From positions 1 through 51,591 of IMG/VR virus record IMGVR_UViG_3300031951_000234: a stretch of DNA of 51,591 nt. The stretch is one strand, 5' to 3'. Both the position numbers and the translations under genes were made by a program. The notes beneath the pieces are model-generated. The model was not told where the DNA came from, did no database searches, and saw nothing but the letters and a program-made list of their open reading frames with translations. This document shows positions 1 to 9,704 of the stretch, piece after piece. How positions within the stretch are numbered: the first letter of the stretch is position 1; every line of letters begins with the position of its first letter. The DNA comes from a virus. Taxonomy: Duplodnaviria > Caudoviricetes.

Positions 1-301
1 CCTGACGTTTATCAGGACGGCGGCGATCAAGAAGATGAAGAAGCCCTGGTTCCTCGGTGTTCCGAACGAGCAGGGCGGCTACGACGGCGGCCACACCGAC
101 GAGGATCTGTACTTCTGGAAGCGATTCAGCGAGGCCGGGAACAAGTTGGGCATCGCCACGCAGATCAGCGTCGGCCACGCCGAACTGATGATCACCTGGC
201 CGTCCCGCCAGGTCGAGGGCGGCAAGATCCAGCAGCACACGACCGACTTTTGGAACAACGGGCGAAAGGCGCCCAAGGAAGCCTGGGGGGCAGTGCCATG
301 A
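1..301 (+). CDS. Glycosyltransferase-like (GT-A/GT2) protein, 5'-truncated C-terminal part
   Basis: Frame is open from the window start; '..KKMKKPWF..EDLYFWKRFSEAGNKLGIATQISVGH' resembles the GT2 C-terminal ED..F..R....G....H motif. Confidence 0.6.
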   Translation, partial: LTFIRTAAIKKMKKPWFLGVPNEQGGYDGGHTDEDLYFWKRFSEAGNKLGIATQISVGHAELMITWPSRQVEGGKIQQHTTDFWNNGRKAPKEAWGAVP

Positions 302-495
302 AGATCCGCATCCTGAAGTCGTTTTCCGGTTACCGCGCCGGCCAGGAGTTCGACTGGGGCGACGGCATGGCCCGCATCTACATCGCCCGCGGCATGGCCG
401 AGCGGGTCGAGGAGCGGGTCGTCGAGACTGCCGCCGTCGAGGAGCGTGCCGAGCAGGCCACGATCCAGCAGCCGGCCAAGAGGAGGGTAAAGTGA
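298..495 (+). CDS. Small virion-associated protein, typical between capsid and head-tail connector
   Basis: ATG overlaps previous TGA; MKIRILKSFSGYRAGQEFDW..IARGMAE with basic C-terminus. Confidence 0.6.
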   Translation: MKIRILKSFSGYRAGQEFDWGDGMARIYIARGMAERVEERVVETAAVEERAEQATIQQPAKRRVK

Positions 496-1142
496 CCGTC
501 AGCATCACCTACGGGTCGCCGCAGCAGCCGTCCAGCGGCATCACGCCGTATCGCAGCCTCGTCCGCTACGCAGCCCCGTCCGTCGAGCCTGTGACGCTCG
601 CCGAGGCGAAGGTGCAGTGCAAGGTCGATACCAGCGACGACGACGCCTACATCTCAAGCCTGATCACGATGGCGAGGCAGTACGTCGAGGATACGCTGGA
701 CATCAGTCTCATCTCACAGACCTGGGAGGCTCGGTACGACACCTTTCCGCTGTGGGAGATCATCCTGCCCCGCCCCCCGATGGCGAGCGGCACGGTCACG
801 GTCACCTACCGCGATGAGGGTGGGCAGACGCAGACGCTCTCGTCCGCGTCAGCCGCCTTCCAGACCGACCACTACGCCACACCAGGCCGCATCTACCCGC
901 TCTACGAGGGCGTCTGGCCTGCCGTCCGCGGCGACGAGAACAGCGTGGTCGTCCGCTGGCCGGCTGGCTACGGGGCCAGCGGCGCCAGTTGCCCAGGAGT
1001 CACCAAGACTCTGATTCTTCTGTTGGTCGCCCACTTCTACGAGCATAGGCAGCCGGTTGTCGCGGGCTTCAGCCAGGTCGTCGATGTGCCGCAGACATTC
1101 CACACGCTCCTGGCAGCGTCTGGATGGGGTGGATACCGATGA
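492..1142 (+). CDS. Head-tail connector protein (HK97 gp6 / phiE125 gp8-like)
   Basis: EPVTLAEAK..C.VD..DDDAYISSLI..AR.YVE and LLLVAHFYEHR motifs; position. Confidence 0.9.
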   Translation: MTVSITYGSPQQPSSGITPYRSLVRYAAPSVEPVTLAEAKVQCKVDTSDDDAYISSLITMARQYVEDTLDISLISQTWEARYDTFPLWEIILPRPPMASGTVTVTYRDEGGQTQTLSSASAAFQTDHYATPGRIYPLYEGVWPAVRGDENSVVVRWPAGYGASGASCPGVTKTLILLLVAHFYEHRQPVVAGFSQVVDVPQTFHTLLAASGWGGYR

Positions 1143-1624
1143 GCCTCTCGGCACAGGTACAGGCGACGGTAACGGCTCGCAGGCTATCGCAGAGCGGCCT
1201 GACGCAAGCCATCACCGAGCACCCGCTGTCGTTCTTCTTCGACGTAGGCGACTGCACGACCGTGTGGAGCGACCGCAGGACGTTTTCCAGCGGGTTCGAT
1301 GAGATTGATTTTGCTGCCACAGGACTGTCCGTCGTCAAACTGCTGTGCCTGAAAAATCTGTCGCAAACGAATCAGATCGCCCTCTCGGCCGGCTGGACGG
1401 GCAGTCAGTTCAGCGTCTTCAGGCAGGACGTGACCAGTTGGAACTTCAGCCCGATGATCAACCTGGGCAGCCTGACGCTGCGGGGCTACCCGATCCGCGA
1501 GGGCGGCGCGTTTCTGCTGTCCTGCCCGAACTCCGCTGGGTTCGGCACAACCGTCGGCGGCAGCATCCTCCGCGTCGGCGGGACGGCTGGGCAGGAATAC
1601 GAAATCTACGTCATGGGGACTTGA
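1139..1624 (+). CDS. Putative virion structural protein (paralog of 1628-2149)
   Basis: Shares MxL.AQ(V/I)Q, VWSD.RT, L.(L/I)KN and Y(E/D)I...G motifs with the next ORF. Confidence 0.6.
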   Translation: MSLSAQVQATVTARRLSQSGLTQAITEHPLSFFFDVGDCTTVWSDRRTFSSGFDEIDFAATGLSVVKLLCLKNLSQTNQIALSAGWTGSQFSVFRQDVTSWNFSPMINLGSLTLRGYPIREGGAFLLSCPNSAGFGTTVGGSILRVGGTAGQEYEIYVMGT

Positions 1625-1627
1625 ACG

Positions 1628-2149
1628 ATGGCACTCGCTGCCCAGATCCAACTGTCGATCCTGGCCCACGAAACGTCGAGTGGCGACATCTCGCGGACAC
1701 TGCGTGCCACGCCGGCCAACTATGCGCTCGCGCTGACGGACGGCACCGGGGCGAATCAGGCCCAGGTCGTGTGGAGCGACTCGCGCACTATTGCCACAGG
1801 TGCATACGAAGACCTTGATCTGACTGCGCTGCCGGATGATCGCGGCGTCGTCTCTTTCTCTTCTGTGTCTGTTCTGTACATCAAGAACAACTCTCCGGCT
1901 GATTACATTCTCATTGGCGGCGAGTGGGACAACAGCGCCGAGCCGCAGCACCCTTGGGGCTTTGCGTTGAGGAGGGGTGCTGGCGGCGGATCGTACATCC
2001 TCCGCGGGGGCGCGTGCGTCTTCGTGTCGCAGCCGGCAGACGACAAGATGCCAGTTTTCAGCACAGACAAGCGACTGCGAATTAGCGCCAACGAGGGGGC
2101 TGTCGGCGCCTACGACATCGTCCTCATCGGCGAAGGCACGGTCACATGA
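1628..2149 (+). CDS. Putative virion structural protein
   Basis: Beta-rich; LTDGTGANQAQVVWSDSRT..DLDLT; lies in the neck operon. Confidence 0.6.
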   Translation: MALAAQIQLSILAHETSSGDISRTLRATPANYALALTDGTGANQAQVVWSDSRTIATGAYEDLDLTALPDDRGVVSFSSVSVLYIKNNSPADYILIGGEWDNSAEPQHPWGFALRRGAGGGSYILRGGACVFVSQPADDKMPVFSTDKRLRISANEGAVGAYDIVLIGEGTVT

Positions 2150-2463
2150 TCATCGGCCGGATGCGAGAGCGCGTGACGATCAAGTCGCAGACGGAGTCGC
2201 GCAGCCCGTCCGGCGAGATGACGTTCAACTGGGACACGACCGTCGCGACTGTCTGGGCCAGCGTGGACGGCCTGTCGGGCAGGGACATCCTCCAAGCCCA
2301 GCAGGCCAACGTCATCGCCACGCACAGGATTCGCATTCGCTATCGAGCCGACGTGTCGCACACGAACCGCATCATCTGGCGAAACAGGACGATGGAGGTG
2401 GCGAGTGTCGTCGAGCGAGACAACCGCTCCGTCCTTGAGATGCTCGCGCGGGAGGTGCAGTAA
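2146..2463 (+). CDS. Head-closure / head-tail adaptor (SPP1 gp16-like)
   Basis: GRMRERVTI..W.TVATVWASV..THRIRIRYR..RIIW motifs. Confidence 0.9.
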   Translation: MIIGRMRERVTIKSQTESRSPSGEMTFNWDTTVATVWASVDGLSGRDILQAQQANVIATHRIRIRYRADVSHTNRIIWRNRTMEVASVVERDNRSVLEMLAREVQ

Positions 2464-3212
2464 TGGCACTGATGATCGACGCAACGATGCCGCGCGACTT
2501 CTCGGGCCAGACGGCGAACGAGATTGTCTCGGGTTTCGTCAGCGTCCGCACGTTCGGCGCCAGGGAAGTTGCCCAGGCACTGGAAAGGATGGCAATTCGC
2601 GCCGGGCAAGACCCAGGAAGGCTCAAGGCCAGGGCGGCGACGAAGGCAGCCAAGATCATCGAGAAGGCGTACAAGGACAAGATCCGCAACGTCACGGGGA
2701 ACCTCGGCAAGTCGATGACGACGCGGATTCGACAGTACGACGGCGCGACCGTGGCCGTCACGGGGCCGCGTGTGACTGGTGCCGTCGGCGCTGACCCAGA
2801 GAAGGGAAGTGGTAATCACAGTTGGCTCCTTGAGTTCGGCACGGGGCCGCGAAAGCCAGGATCACAGAGCCGCCGCGCGTATGTCAACGTGCATCAGGCG
2901 ATCAACGGCCGTATGAAGAAGGTCGGCGGCTTCAATAACTCCCAGTTTGAGAAGATGGGCCGAGGCTACTACTTCCTCATGGGAAGCAAGAACGAGCCGA
3001 CGCGGCAGGCCAAGGCGGGGAGCGGATATCCGCACGATTTCCTCCCTGACGGCAAGGGAGGAACGCGGCCGTTCTTTCTTCGGCCCGGCGAGACATACGG
3101 TGCCATGCCGGCCCAGCACACGATGGAGCGAACGATTTCAGAGAACTCCTCGGCTGTCATGGCCGCCCTGATCGCAAATATGCAGGGATACATTGACGAG
3201 TTGTCGAAATGA
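2463..3212 (+). CDS. HK97 gp10-like neck / tail completion protein
   Basis: TGNLGKSM, HSWLLEFGT and MPAQH motifs; position after head closure. Confidence 0.75.
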   Translation: MALMIDATMPRDFSGQTANEIVSGFVSVRTFGAREVAQALERMAIRAGQDPGRLKARAATKAAKIIEKAYKDKIRNVTGNLGKSMTTRIRQYDGATVAVTGPRVTGAVGADPEKGSGNHSWLLEFGTGPRKPGSQSRRAYVNVHQAINGRMKKVGGFNNSQFEKMGRGYYFLMGSKNEPTRQAKAGSGYPHDFLPDGKGGTRPFFLRPGETYGAMPAQHTMERTISENSSAVMAALIANMQGYIDELSK

Positions 3213-3634
3213 TCATCAAGCCAGAGGACTACATCTATTTCCGGCTGGTGTCGTCGCCGGCCGTGGCAAGGATCGTGGGCTTCAACGTCTACCCGATCGC
3301 CGTGCCTAAGTCGGCCGGGTTTCCGTTCATCGTTTACAAGCGGCAGAACATCATTCGAGAGTCGAGCCTGACAGGGCCGATGTTCATGCCGCTCCTGTCG
3401 ATTCAGGTGGCCTCCTGGGCCATGTCGCACGACGCGGCAAGGGAACTAGGGGACGAGGTTCGCCTTGCTCTGGATGGCAACACCGGCACTGCCGCCGGGG
3501 CTACAATACAAGATATGAGGCTAGTCTCCGAGACGGACGACTACCTCGACCCCACGGCCGTCGGAGCACAACTCCCGCCGGCCTACGAGGTCAGGCAACT
3601 GTATCAAATCAGGTGGCAAGAAGCCGCTTCGTAA
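3209..3634 (+). CDS. Tail terminator (DUF3168 / gp17-like)
   Basis: VG..VYP...P....PFIVY, QV..WA....A..L...VR.ALDG. Confidence 0.85.
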   Translation: MIIKPEDYIYFRLVSSPAVARIVGFNVYPIAVPKSAGFPFIVYKRQNIIRESSLTGPMFMPLLSIQVASWAMSHDAARELGDEVRLALDGNTGTAAGATIQDMRLVSETDDYLDPTAVGAQLPPAYEVRQLYQIRWQEAAS

Positions 3635-3672
3635 CCTACAGGTCACGACACTAGCGCAAGGAGGCGCGACAC

Positions 3673-4008
3673 ATGGCTGGAGTTTCCGCACAGGGGCTGA
3701 CGTTCTCGTTCGGCGGCACGACCCTCACCGTCACCTCGGTTCAGGTCAATGACACGCAGGATCTCATCGACGGCAGCCACCTGGGCATCGCCCCGAACGG
3801 CAAGCGGGAGTACGTCGGCGGCTTCGCGACCGACCGCGAGGTGCAGATCGATTACATCTCGACGAACGTGCTGTCTGCCGGCACCAGCGGCGCGCTGTCC
3901 ATCACCGGCCCAATGTCCTTCAACGGCAACGCGACTCTGTCGTCGGCGTCGATCGGCGGCTCCGTTGGCGCCCTTATCAGCGGGAGCGCGACCTTCCGAG
4001 TCGCGTAA
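3673..4008 (+). CDS. Short tail-tube-like protein 1
   Basis: Strong RBS AAGGAGG; position after terminator; ID.SHLG, GSATF motifs. Confidence 0.65.
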   Translation: MAGVSAQGLTFSFGGTTLTVTSVQVNDTQDLIDGSHLGIAPNGKREYVGGFATDREVQIDYISTNVLSAGTSGALSITGPMSFNGNATLSSASIGGSVGALISGSATFRVA

Positions 4009-4014
4009 CGCGAC

Positions 4015-4398
4015 ATGGCTGGGTTCACAGCGCAAGGGGCGACGTTCACGTTCGCTGGATCGCTCGGCAGTTTTGCCGGTGCGATCACGGGCATCAACGT
4101 CGAGACGCCCGTCGCGGAGATCGTCGATATGACATCTCGCGACGACCCGACGGGCCACGCGATCAAGGTGCCGACAGGCGAGTGGACGGGGGGCCGCATC
4201 TCCGTTGACTACATCGCCGTGCAGGGTACAGGCGACCTTCAGAGCCTCGTCCGCGGCGTCGGCAGCCTGACGTTCTCGTCGGCAAGGCTCAACGTCACGC
4301 GACGTTGCATCCTCGAATCTGCAAATACGGAAGGTCGAGTCGGCGACCTGATCCGCGGTTCTGCAACCTTCATTCCGACTGATTACCAAGGAACCTGA
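4015..4398 (+). CDS. Short tail-tube-like protein 2 (paralog of 3673-4008)
   Basis: MAGxxAQGxTFxFxG N-terminus and GxVGxLIxGSATF C-terminus shared with previous ORF. Confidence 0.65.
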   Translation: MAGFTAQGATFTFAGSLGSFAGAITGINVETPVAEIVDMTSRDDPTGHAIKVPTGEWTGGRISVDYIAVQGTGDLQSLVRGVGSLTFSSARLNVTRRCILESANTEGRVGDLIRGSATFIPTDYQGT

Positions 4399-4401
4399 CA
4401 G

Positions 4402-4776
4402 ATGGCTTTGAGCAAGGCGAAGATCCTGGCGGCGAAGGACGTGAAACTCTCGGCGGCGATCCCGGTGCCGGAGTGGGGCGGCGACGTGTACATCAAGACG
4501 CTCTCCGGCACCGAGCGGGACGCCTTCGAGGACGCCTACTCCGAGAGCCGGATGAAGCAGTTCCGCGTCCGCTTCCTCGTCCTCACGCTCTGCGACGACT
4601 CCGGCGAGCGTCTCTTCGGCGACTCCGACATCGACGAACTGGGCAAGAAGAACAGCGTCGTCATCAACCGCCTCTTCGACGCCGCGTGGAAGCACAACGC
4701 GCTGACGAACGAGGCCGTGGAGTCGCTGGGAAACGGTTCACCGAACGACCAGAGCGGAGGTTCTACTTCACCCTAG
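4402..4776 (+). CDS. Tail assembly chaperone (lambda gpG-like)
   Basis: VPEWGGDVYIKTLSG.ERD.FE motif; directly upstream of tape measure. Confidence 0.9.
   Translation: MALSKAKILAAKDVKLSAAIPVPEWGGDVYIKTLSGTERDAFEDAYSESRMKQFRVRFLVLTLCDDSGERLFGDSDIDELGKKNSVVINRLFDAAWKHNALTNEAVESLGNGSPNDQSGGSTSP
4728..4734 (+). other. Programmed -1 ribosomal frameshift slippery heptamer G GGA AAC
   Basis: X XXY YYZ in frame near the chaperone end; the -1 frame is open to 5042 with chaperone-like sequence. Confidence 0.85.
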
Positions 4777-5042
4777 CGCTGGCGCTGGGGAAGACGGTCA
4801 AGCAACTCCTGGCCGAGATCGACAGCGAGGAGTTGGCCGAGTGGTACGCCTTCGACCAGCGGTGGCCGCTTGGCAACTCCTGGCAGCAGACCGCCAGGAT
4901 CTGCCGGACGATCATGGCGGCCAGCGGGAACTACAAGCGGATACCTGACGAGGACGTGTTCATACCGGCCACGAAGAAGCCGAAGCAGTCGCAGGACGCG
5001 ATGATTGCCGAGTTGATGAAGTTGCAGAATCCTCAAGGATGA
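4728..5042 (+). CDS. Tail assembly chaperone gpT part (expressed as a G-T fusion)
   Basis: RRFYFTLALALGKTVKQLL.EIDSEEL.EW.AF typical of gpT; no good own start codon. Confidence 0.8.
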   Translation, partial: GKRFTERPERRFYFTLALALGKTVKQLLAEIDSEELAEWYAFDQRWPLGNSWQQTARICRTIMAASGNYKRIPDEDVFIPATKKPKQSQDAMIAELMKLQNPQG

Positions 5043-5046
5043 GACA

Positions 5047-8000
5047 ATGGCCCGCGGCTACCTCGGCAAAATCTCTGCTGTTGTCGCCATCAACACTGGT
5101 GGCGTTAAGCCAAGCCTCAACACCGCCAAGAAGGACATCGAGTCTTGGGGCAGCACGGTTGGGTCGCGTATACGCGCCACTTCAGAGGCAGCAAAACGCT
5201 CTGTAGAAGGCATCTTCACGCCTCTCCAGAAGTTGCAGGCGGCTGTTAACGCCGCCAATCGCAACCCGCTCAAACTTGACATTCCGAACGTCCGAGCCTA
5301 CCTAGACCTGGCGAGGGCTGTCGAGCAGATCAGCAAGCCGCTTGGTGCGGCCCAGAAGCAGTTCACCGGCCTGTCGCAAGGTGTCCAGACGGAACTGCTC
5401 CCTGCGTTTCGGGCAGCACAGAAGCAGGCCACGCAACTATTCGACGCTATCTCGTCGGGCGCGAAGGTTAGCGACCGCGACTTCGCGAACACTGAAGCCA
5501 GGATCAACCGCGTCATCCAGGCGATTAGCCGGGCCAACGAGGCCAGCCAGGCCGTTCGCGGCTTGGCGACCGGCCAGGAGTTGCGGTTTCGCAACCCGGA
5601 GTTCCTGCAAGCCACAAACCGGGCTTCCTCGCTCCAGCAGCAGGCAGCAGCCTTGTCGCCAGAGGCTATTGCGGGCCGAGGGATCGTCAATCTCATCGGC
5701 CAGCAGCGACAGGCTGCCGACGAGGCCGAGCGGCTGCGGAGCACGATCGAGCGGATCACGATTACCCGCCGAGGCGATGCGCAGGTCGCGCAGCAGGCGT
5801 ACTCGCAGCAGTTGGCTGCTCTAGAGCGAATCAACGACGAACTACAGCAGCAGATCGGACTCGCGCAAGCAGCGGCCGGTAGGAGGTCTGCGTTTGATTC
5901 GCAGGAACTAGACCGTCGGAGCGGAGCGCTTGCACGACGCAATGCGAACTCATTTGAGGACGCGACTGCCGGAGTCATGGGCTTCTCAAGGGGCCAAGAC
6001 GAGAGACTCATTGGCCGCATCACGCCATCCATTGACAGCGTGATCGTCAGGATCAGAGAGTTAGACCAGCAGTATCAGGCTCTCCCAGAGGCAGCAAGGG
6101 CGGCGCTTGATCCACAAGTAAATCAACTGAACTCCATCGCCAACGCAGCCAGAAGTGGAGCAGCGAGCGTCGGCGTTCTTGAAGACGCATACAACAGAAC
6201 CCGCGTGAGCGTTGAGAGCGCAGCGGAGGCAGTAAGGGCGTCGGAGTTTCAGTTCACGCCTGGTGACCCAACGGGCGAGTTCGGCCCGCCTCGGCCGTCC
6301 ACGCCCCTGCCACCTGACTACCTCCGCGGCCGCGCTGTATCCGAGGCCAGCGCGGGCCTCGGCACTGACATCGCAGGCCCACAGCGTGCGCTCGACAACC
6401 TCCGAGGCGCCATCGGCTCCGTCAAGGGTCAGATCGACTCGCTGCCTGCTGGCCTGCGCGGACAATTCATCCCTGCAATCCAGGGCGCAGAGGCAGAGTA
6501 TCGACGACTGTATTCGACTGCGAGAGTCACGACGGCAGAGATCCAAGAGTCGGCCACTCGGCTCGCCACGCTGGAACAGGGCATCTCCAGGGCATCCAGT
6601 GCCGCCCGGCAGTTCGGAGGCACGTTCGCCCAGTTCAGGGACAGCCTTGAAGCCAGAGGCGCTGCCGGCGGCCTTGAGTTCCTGCGCACAGCCCTGGCTA
6701 GGGCGACTGGTGACGCAACCAGAGCCGCCGCAGCCGTTGACAGGCTCGCCGAGGCATACCAAGAGGCAGCGAGCACGCCGGGCGGGTTTCAGCGAAACGC
6801 TGCGGAACTTCAGCGGCTCTCAAACGAGGCAATCGAGGCGACCGCAGCCGTCGAAGGCGTCGGCCAGAGCCAGGCGGCACTGCAACGGGGATTCGCCAGG
6901 ACTGGCGACGTGGCCCGCGGTGCCTTCGGCAACACCGGCCTCGCCATCCAGCAGGCAGCGTTCGCTATCGACGACTTCTTCTCGGTCACTGGCGGCCTCG
7001 ACCAGCGCATTCGTGCCGCCGGAAACAACATCTCGCAACTCGGCTTCATCATTGGCGGCACGACAGGCTTGATTGCCGGCATCGCTGCGTCTATCGGCTC
7101 GCAGTTAATCGTCGCCCTGATCAGATGGTACAACGAGGGCCGCACGACGGAGGATCAGGTCAAGTCGCTCAACGACGCGCTCGCTCGTCAGAAGTCGCTC
7201 GTCGAGGATCTGAAGCAGGCGTTTGAGTCCCTCGGCGACTCCATCGCAAGGCGGGCGTTCTCGGAGCCGGCGCAGCAGGCGAGGGAGTTTGCCAAGTCGC
7301 TTGATGAAATAACAAAGAAGCAAAAAGAGTCAAGGGAAAAGAGGATCGCCGACCTCGACCCGTATGTGCAGCGAGAGCGTGCGGAGCAGGCCCGCATTCA
7401 ACGCGAACTTGAGAACGAGCAAGACCCAAACCGCCGCGTGGTGTTGCAGCGTGATCTTCGTAGGGCGCAGCGTGGCGAGCGAGCAGTTACCGAGGGCTTG
7501 ATTGCCGGAGCACCGACGACACAGCGTGACCGCGACAGAGAGATCGCTGGGCTTGAGCGTGTATTCACAGATGTAAACGACAGGCTGTTTCGTGAGGGCG
7601 GCGTCGGAAGACCTGTCGCTAGAAACCAGGCGCAGCAGTTGATCGCCAGCATCCAGGGAGGATCAGCAAGCGATCAGACTACGCAATTACGCGACCAGCA
7701 GCGAGCAATTGATAACGAGGCGAGGTCAGGACGACTTAGCAGGCCGATTGCAGACCAGGCCATCGCACAACTTGAACTTGTTATCAACAGGCTTGAGTTT
7801 GCTGCGGAAACAGCAACAGACGAACTGTCTGTTCGGATCGCCCGCTCCTCCTTCGCCGCCTCGCTCGCCATCGAGGATGCCCAGAAGGACGTTGCCGACG
7901 CCATCCGCCGCGGCGTGCAGGGTGCTGGTGAGTTCAGGAACGAACTTGACAAACTCGCCCGTGAACTGAATGCGGCGCAGACGGAACTAACGAACGCGCA

Positions 8001-9321
8001 GTCGATTGATAGCAGCCCTGAAGATCGAGAGCGTGCCGTCAGGGCCGCGGAGGCTCGGATCGCAGGAGTTCAGGCGAGACAGAACGAGGTCGATGCCCGC
8101 GCCAGGGCCGTTCGCACGGGCCGCACGTTCGGCGGCGATCGGACAACTGCGGCGCTGTCGGCGCTCCGCGGCGACGAGCGACTTGCAAACGAGTTCGCGA
8201 GAGCGCAGGCTTTCCTTATTCGAGAAATTGAGAAAGAAACAGATTTTAGAAGGAGACTTGACCAAGCAATAGCGTCTGGCGACGACGCTGCTGTGAAGAA
8301 GGCGACAGAGGAATTGGAGATTGCGCAAAAGGCCAGCGAAGCCGCCGCCGCCTATGGAGAAGCAGTCGTCGCGTTGGAGGACGCGCTTGGTCGCATTCGC
8401 AAGATTGCGTCCGGCGCGCTGTCGCAGTCCGAGCAAATCGCCGACAATGCGCAGCGCAATCTGACCGACAACCCCACGGCCAGAAACAGGCAGGCCAGGG
8501 ACGAGGCTGAATTGCAGTTGATTCGAGATCGTGAGCGCATTGCTATGGCGAATAACGCGCTTGACAGTAGACGGTCTAGTATTCCAGGCGGAGGAGACAA
8601 AAGAATAGACGAGATCAATGCAGAGTTAGAGGCAATCACACAAGAGCGCAAGCGTCTTGAGGAGCAGGCCAGCAAGCCTGGTGGTGCGTATCCTACACCA
8701 GACGAAGTCCAGCGCCTCGCCGACCGAGAAGCGCAACTTCTCGCCGAGCGTGAGACAAGGCTGTACGAACTCACCGAGGCAGAACGAAGGCAGATCGACG
8801 CCATCAACGAGGAGATCGCCGCCAGAAGGCGAATGATTGACTTTGAGGACGAGGTTCGCAATCGGCGTAACCCCGTCGGCAACGACATCCGCGGCCTCGA
8901 CCTTCTTGAGAGGCCAGGCCAGCAAGCCGCGCGCGAACTGCGTCAGCAGATCGCCGACATCCGCGCGGCCACGCAGGCAAATGTGGCACTAGCCATCAAG
9001 GAGGGCCGGTTCGGCGACATCGCCGCTGCGCAGCAGCAAGGCAAGGAAGCGGAGCGGAGAGCACAACTGGAAACCTTCCGCCAGCAAGCCCCAGCCATCT
9101 TCGGCCTCGCCGACTCCGTCGCCAACGCCGTCCTCCAAGGCCCGTCCCGCGCCGCCCTCCAGCCGACCGACGTTTCGACCGTCGAGGGGTCGCGCGAACT
9201 GACCCGCCTCCTCCGCGGCGACGACGCGGCGAAGGATCAGGCCAACATGGTCGAACTTCAGCGTGAGGCCAACCGCCTCCTCGACATCATCGCCAACGGA
9301 CAGCCACAGGTAGCCAACTAG
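5047..9321 (+). CDS. Tail tape measure protein
   Basis: 1424 aa, Ala/Gln/Arg-rich helical protein after G/T chaperones; central hydrophobic segment. Confidence 0.92.
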   Translation: MARGYLGKISAVVAINTGGVKPSLNTAKKDIESWGSTVGSRIRATSEAAKRSVEGIFTPLQKLQAAVNAANRNPLKLDIPNVRAYLDLARAVEQISKPLGAAQKQFTGLSQGVQTELLPAFRAAQKQATQLFDAISSGAKVSDRDFANTEARINRVIQAISRANEASQAVRGLATGQELRFRNPEFLQATNRASSLQQQAAALSPEAIAGRGIVNLIGQQRQAADEAERLRSTIERITITRRGDAQVAQQAYSQQLAALERINDELQQQIGLAQAAAGRRSAFDSQELDRRSGALARRNANSFEDATAGVMGFSRGQDERLIGRITPSIDSVIVRIRELDQQYQALPEAARAALDPQVNQLNSIANAARSGAASVGVLEDAYNRTRVSVESAAEAVRASEFQFTPGDPTGEFGPPRPSTPLPPDYLRGRAVSEASAGLGTDIAGPQRALDNLRGAIGSVKGQIDSLPAGLRGQFIPAIQGAEAEYRRLYSTARVTTAEIQESATRLATLEQGISRASSAARQFGGTFAQFRDSLEARGAAGGLEFLRTALARATGDATRAAAAVDRLAEAYQEAASTPGGFQRNAAELQRLSNEAIEATAAVEGVGQSQAALQRGFARTGDVARGAFGNTGLAIQQAAFAIDDFFSVTGGLDQRIRAAGNNISQLGFIIGGTTGLIAGIAASIGSQLIVALIRWYNEGRTTEDQVKSLNDALARQKSLVEDLKQAFESLGDSIARRAFSEPAQQAREFAKSLDEITKKQKESREKRIADLDPYVQRERAEQARIQRELENEQDPNRRVVLQRDLRRAQRGERAVTEGLIAGAPTTQRDRDREIAGLERVFTDVNDRLFREGGVGRPVARNQAQQLIASIQGGSASDQTTQLRDQQRAIDNEARSGRLSRPIADQAIAQLELVINRLEFAAETATDELSVRIARSSFAASLAIEDAQKDVADAIRRGVQGAGEFRNELDKLARELNAAQTELTNAQSIDSSPEDRERAVRAAEARIAGVQARQNEVDARARAVRTGRTFGGDRTTAALSALRGDERLANEFARAQAFLIREIEKETDFRRRLDQAIASGDDAAVKKATEELEIAQKASEAAAAYGEAVVALEDALGRIRKIASGALSQSEQIADNAQRNLTDNPTARNRQARDEAELQLIRDRERIAMANNALDSRRSSIPGGGDKRIDEINAELEAITQERKRLEEQASKPGGAYPTPDEVQRLADREAQLLAERETRLYELTEAERRQIDAINEEIAARRRMIDFEDEVRNRRNPVGNDIRGLDLLERPGQQAARELRQQIADIRAATQANVALAIKEGRFGDIAAAQQQGKEAERRAQLETFRQQAPAIFGLADSVANAVLQGPSRAALQPTDVSTVEGSRELTRLLRGDDAAKDQANMVELQREANRLLDIIANGQPQVAN

Positions 9322-9334
9322 AAGGAGCATTGCA

Positions 9335-9703
9335 GTGGCAGACATCAGTTACAGCGTGTCGTACAGGGTATCGAAGGACTTCCTCAACGCCCAGGTGGCG
9401 GCCGGGAACATCACGGCCACCATGACCCTCACAGGGCTACAGACCCAGACTCTGACGCTCTCGACGAACGCCGTCAACATCTCGACGGCGAATCTGGGCC
9501 AGGTCGGCCTGGCGTTCTTGCAGAACCTCTCCACGGCCACGGCGTCCACCTGCGCCATCGGCATCGAGGCCGGCGGCTCGTTCGTCGGCTTCACGACCCT
9601 GCGGGCCGGCGAGCCGGCGATCCTGCGGATGACGCCCGGCACGTCCTACTCGGCCAAGGGCGTCAGCGGCACCCGGCTCCGCGTGGACATTACGGAGGGC
9701 TGA
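9335..9703 (+). CDS. Putative tail structural protein
   Basis: RBS AAGGAG + GTG; beta-rich; follows tape measure. Confidence 0.55.
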   Translation: MADISYSVSYRVSKDFLNAQVAAGNITATMTLTGLQTQTLTLSTNAVNISTANLGQVGLAFLQNLSTATASTCAIGIEAGGSFVGFTTLRAGEPAILRMTPGTSYSAKGVSGTRLRVDITEG

Positions 9704-9704
9704 A

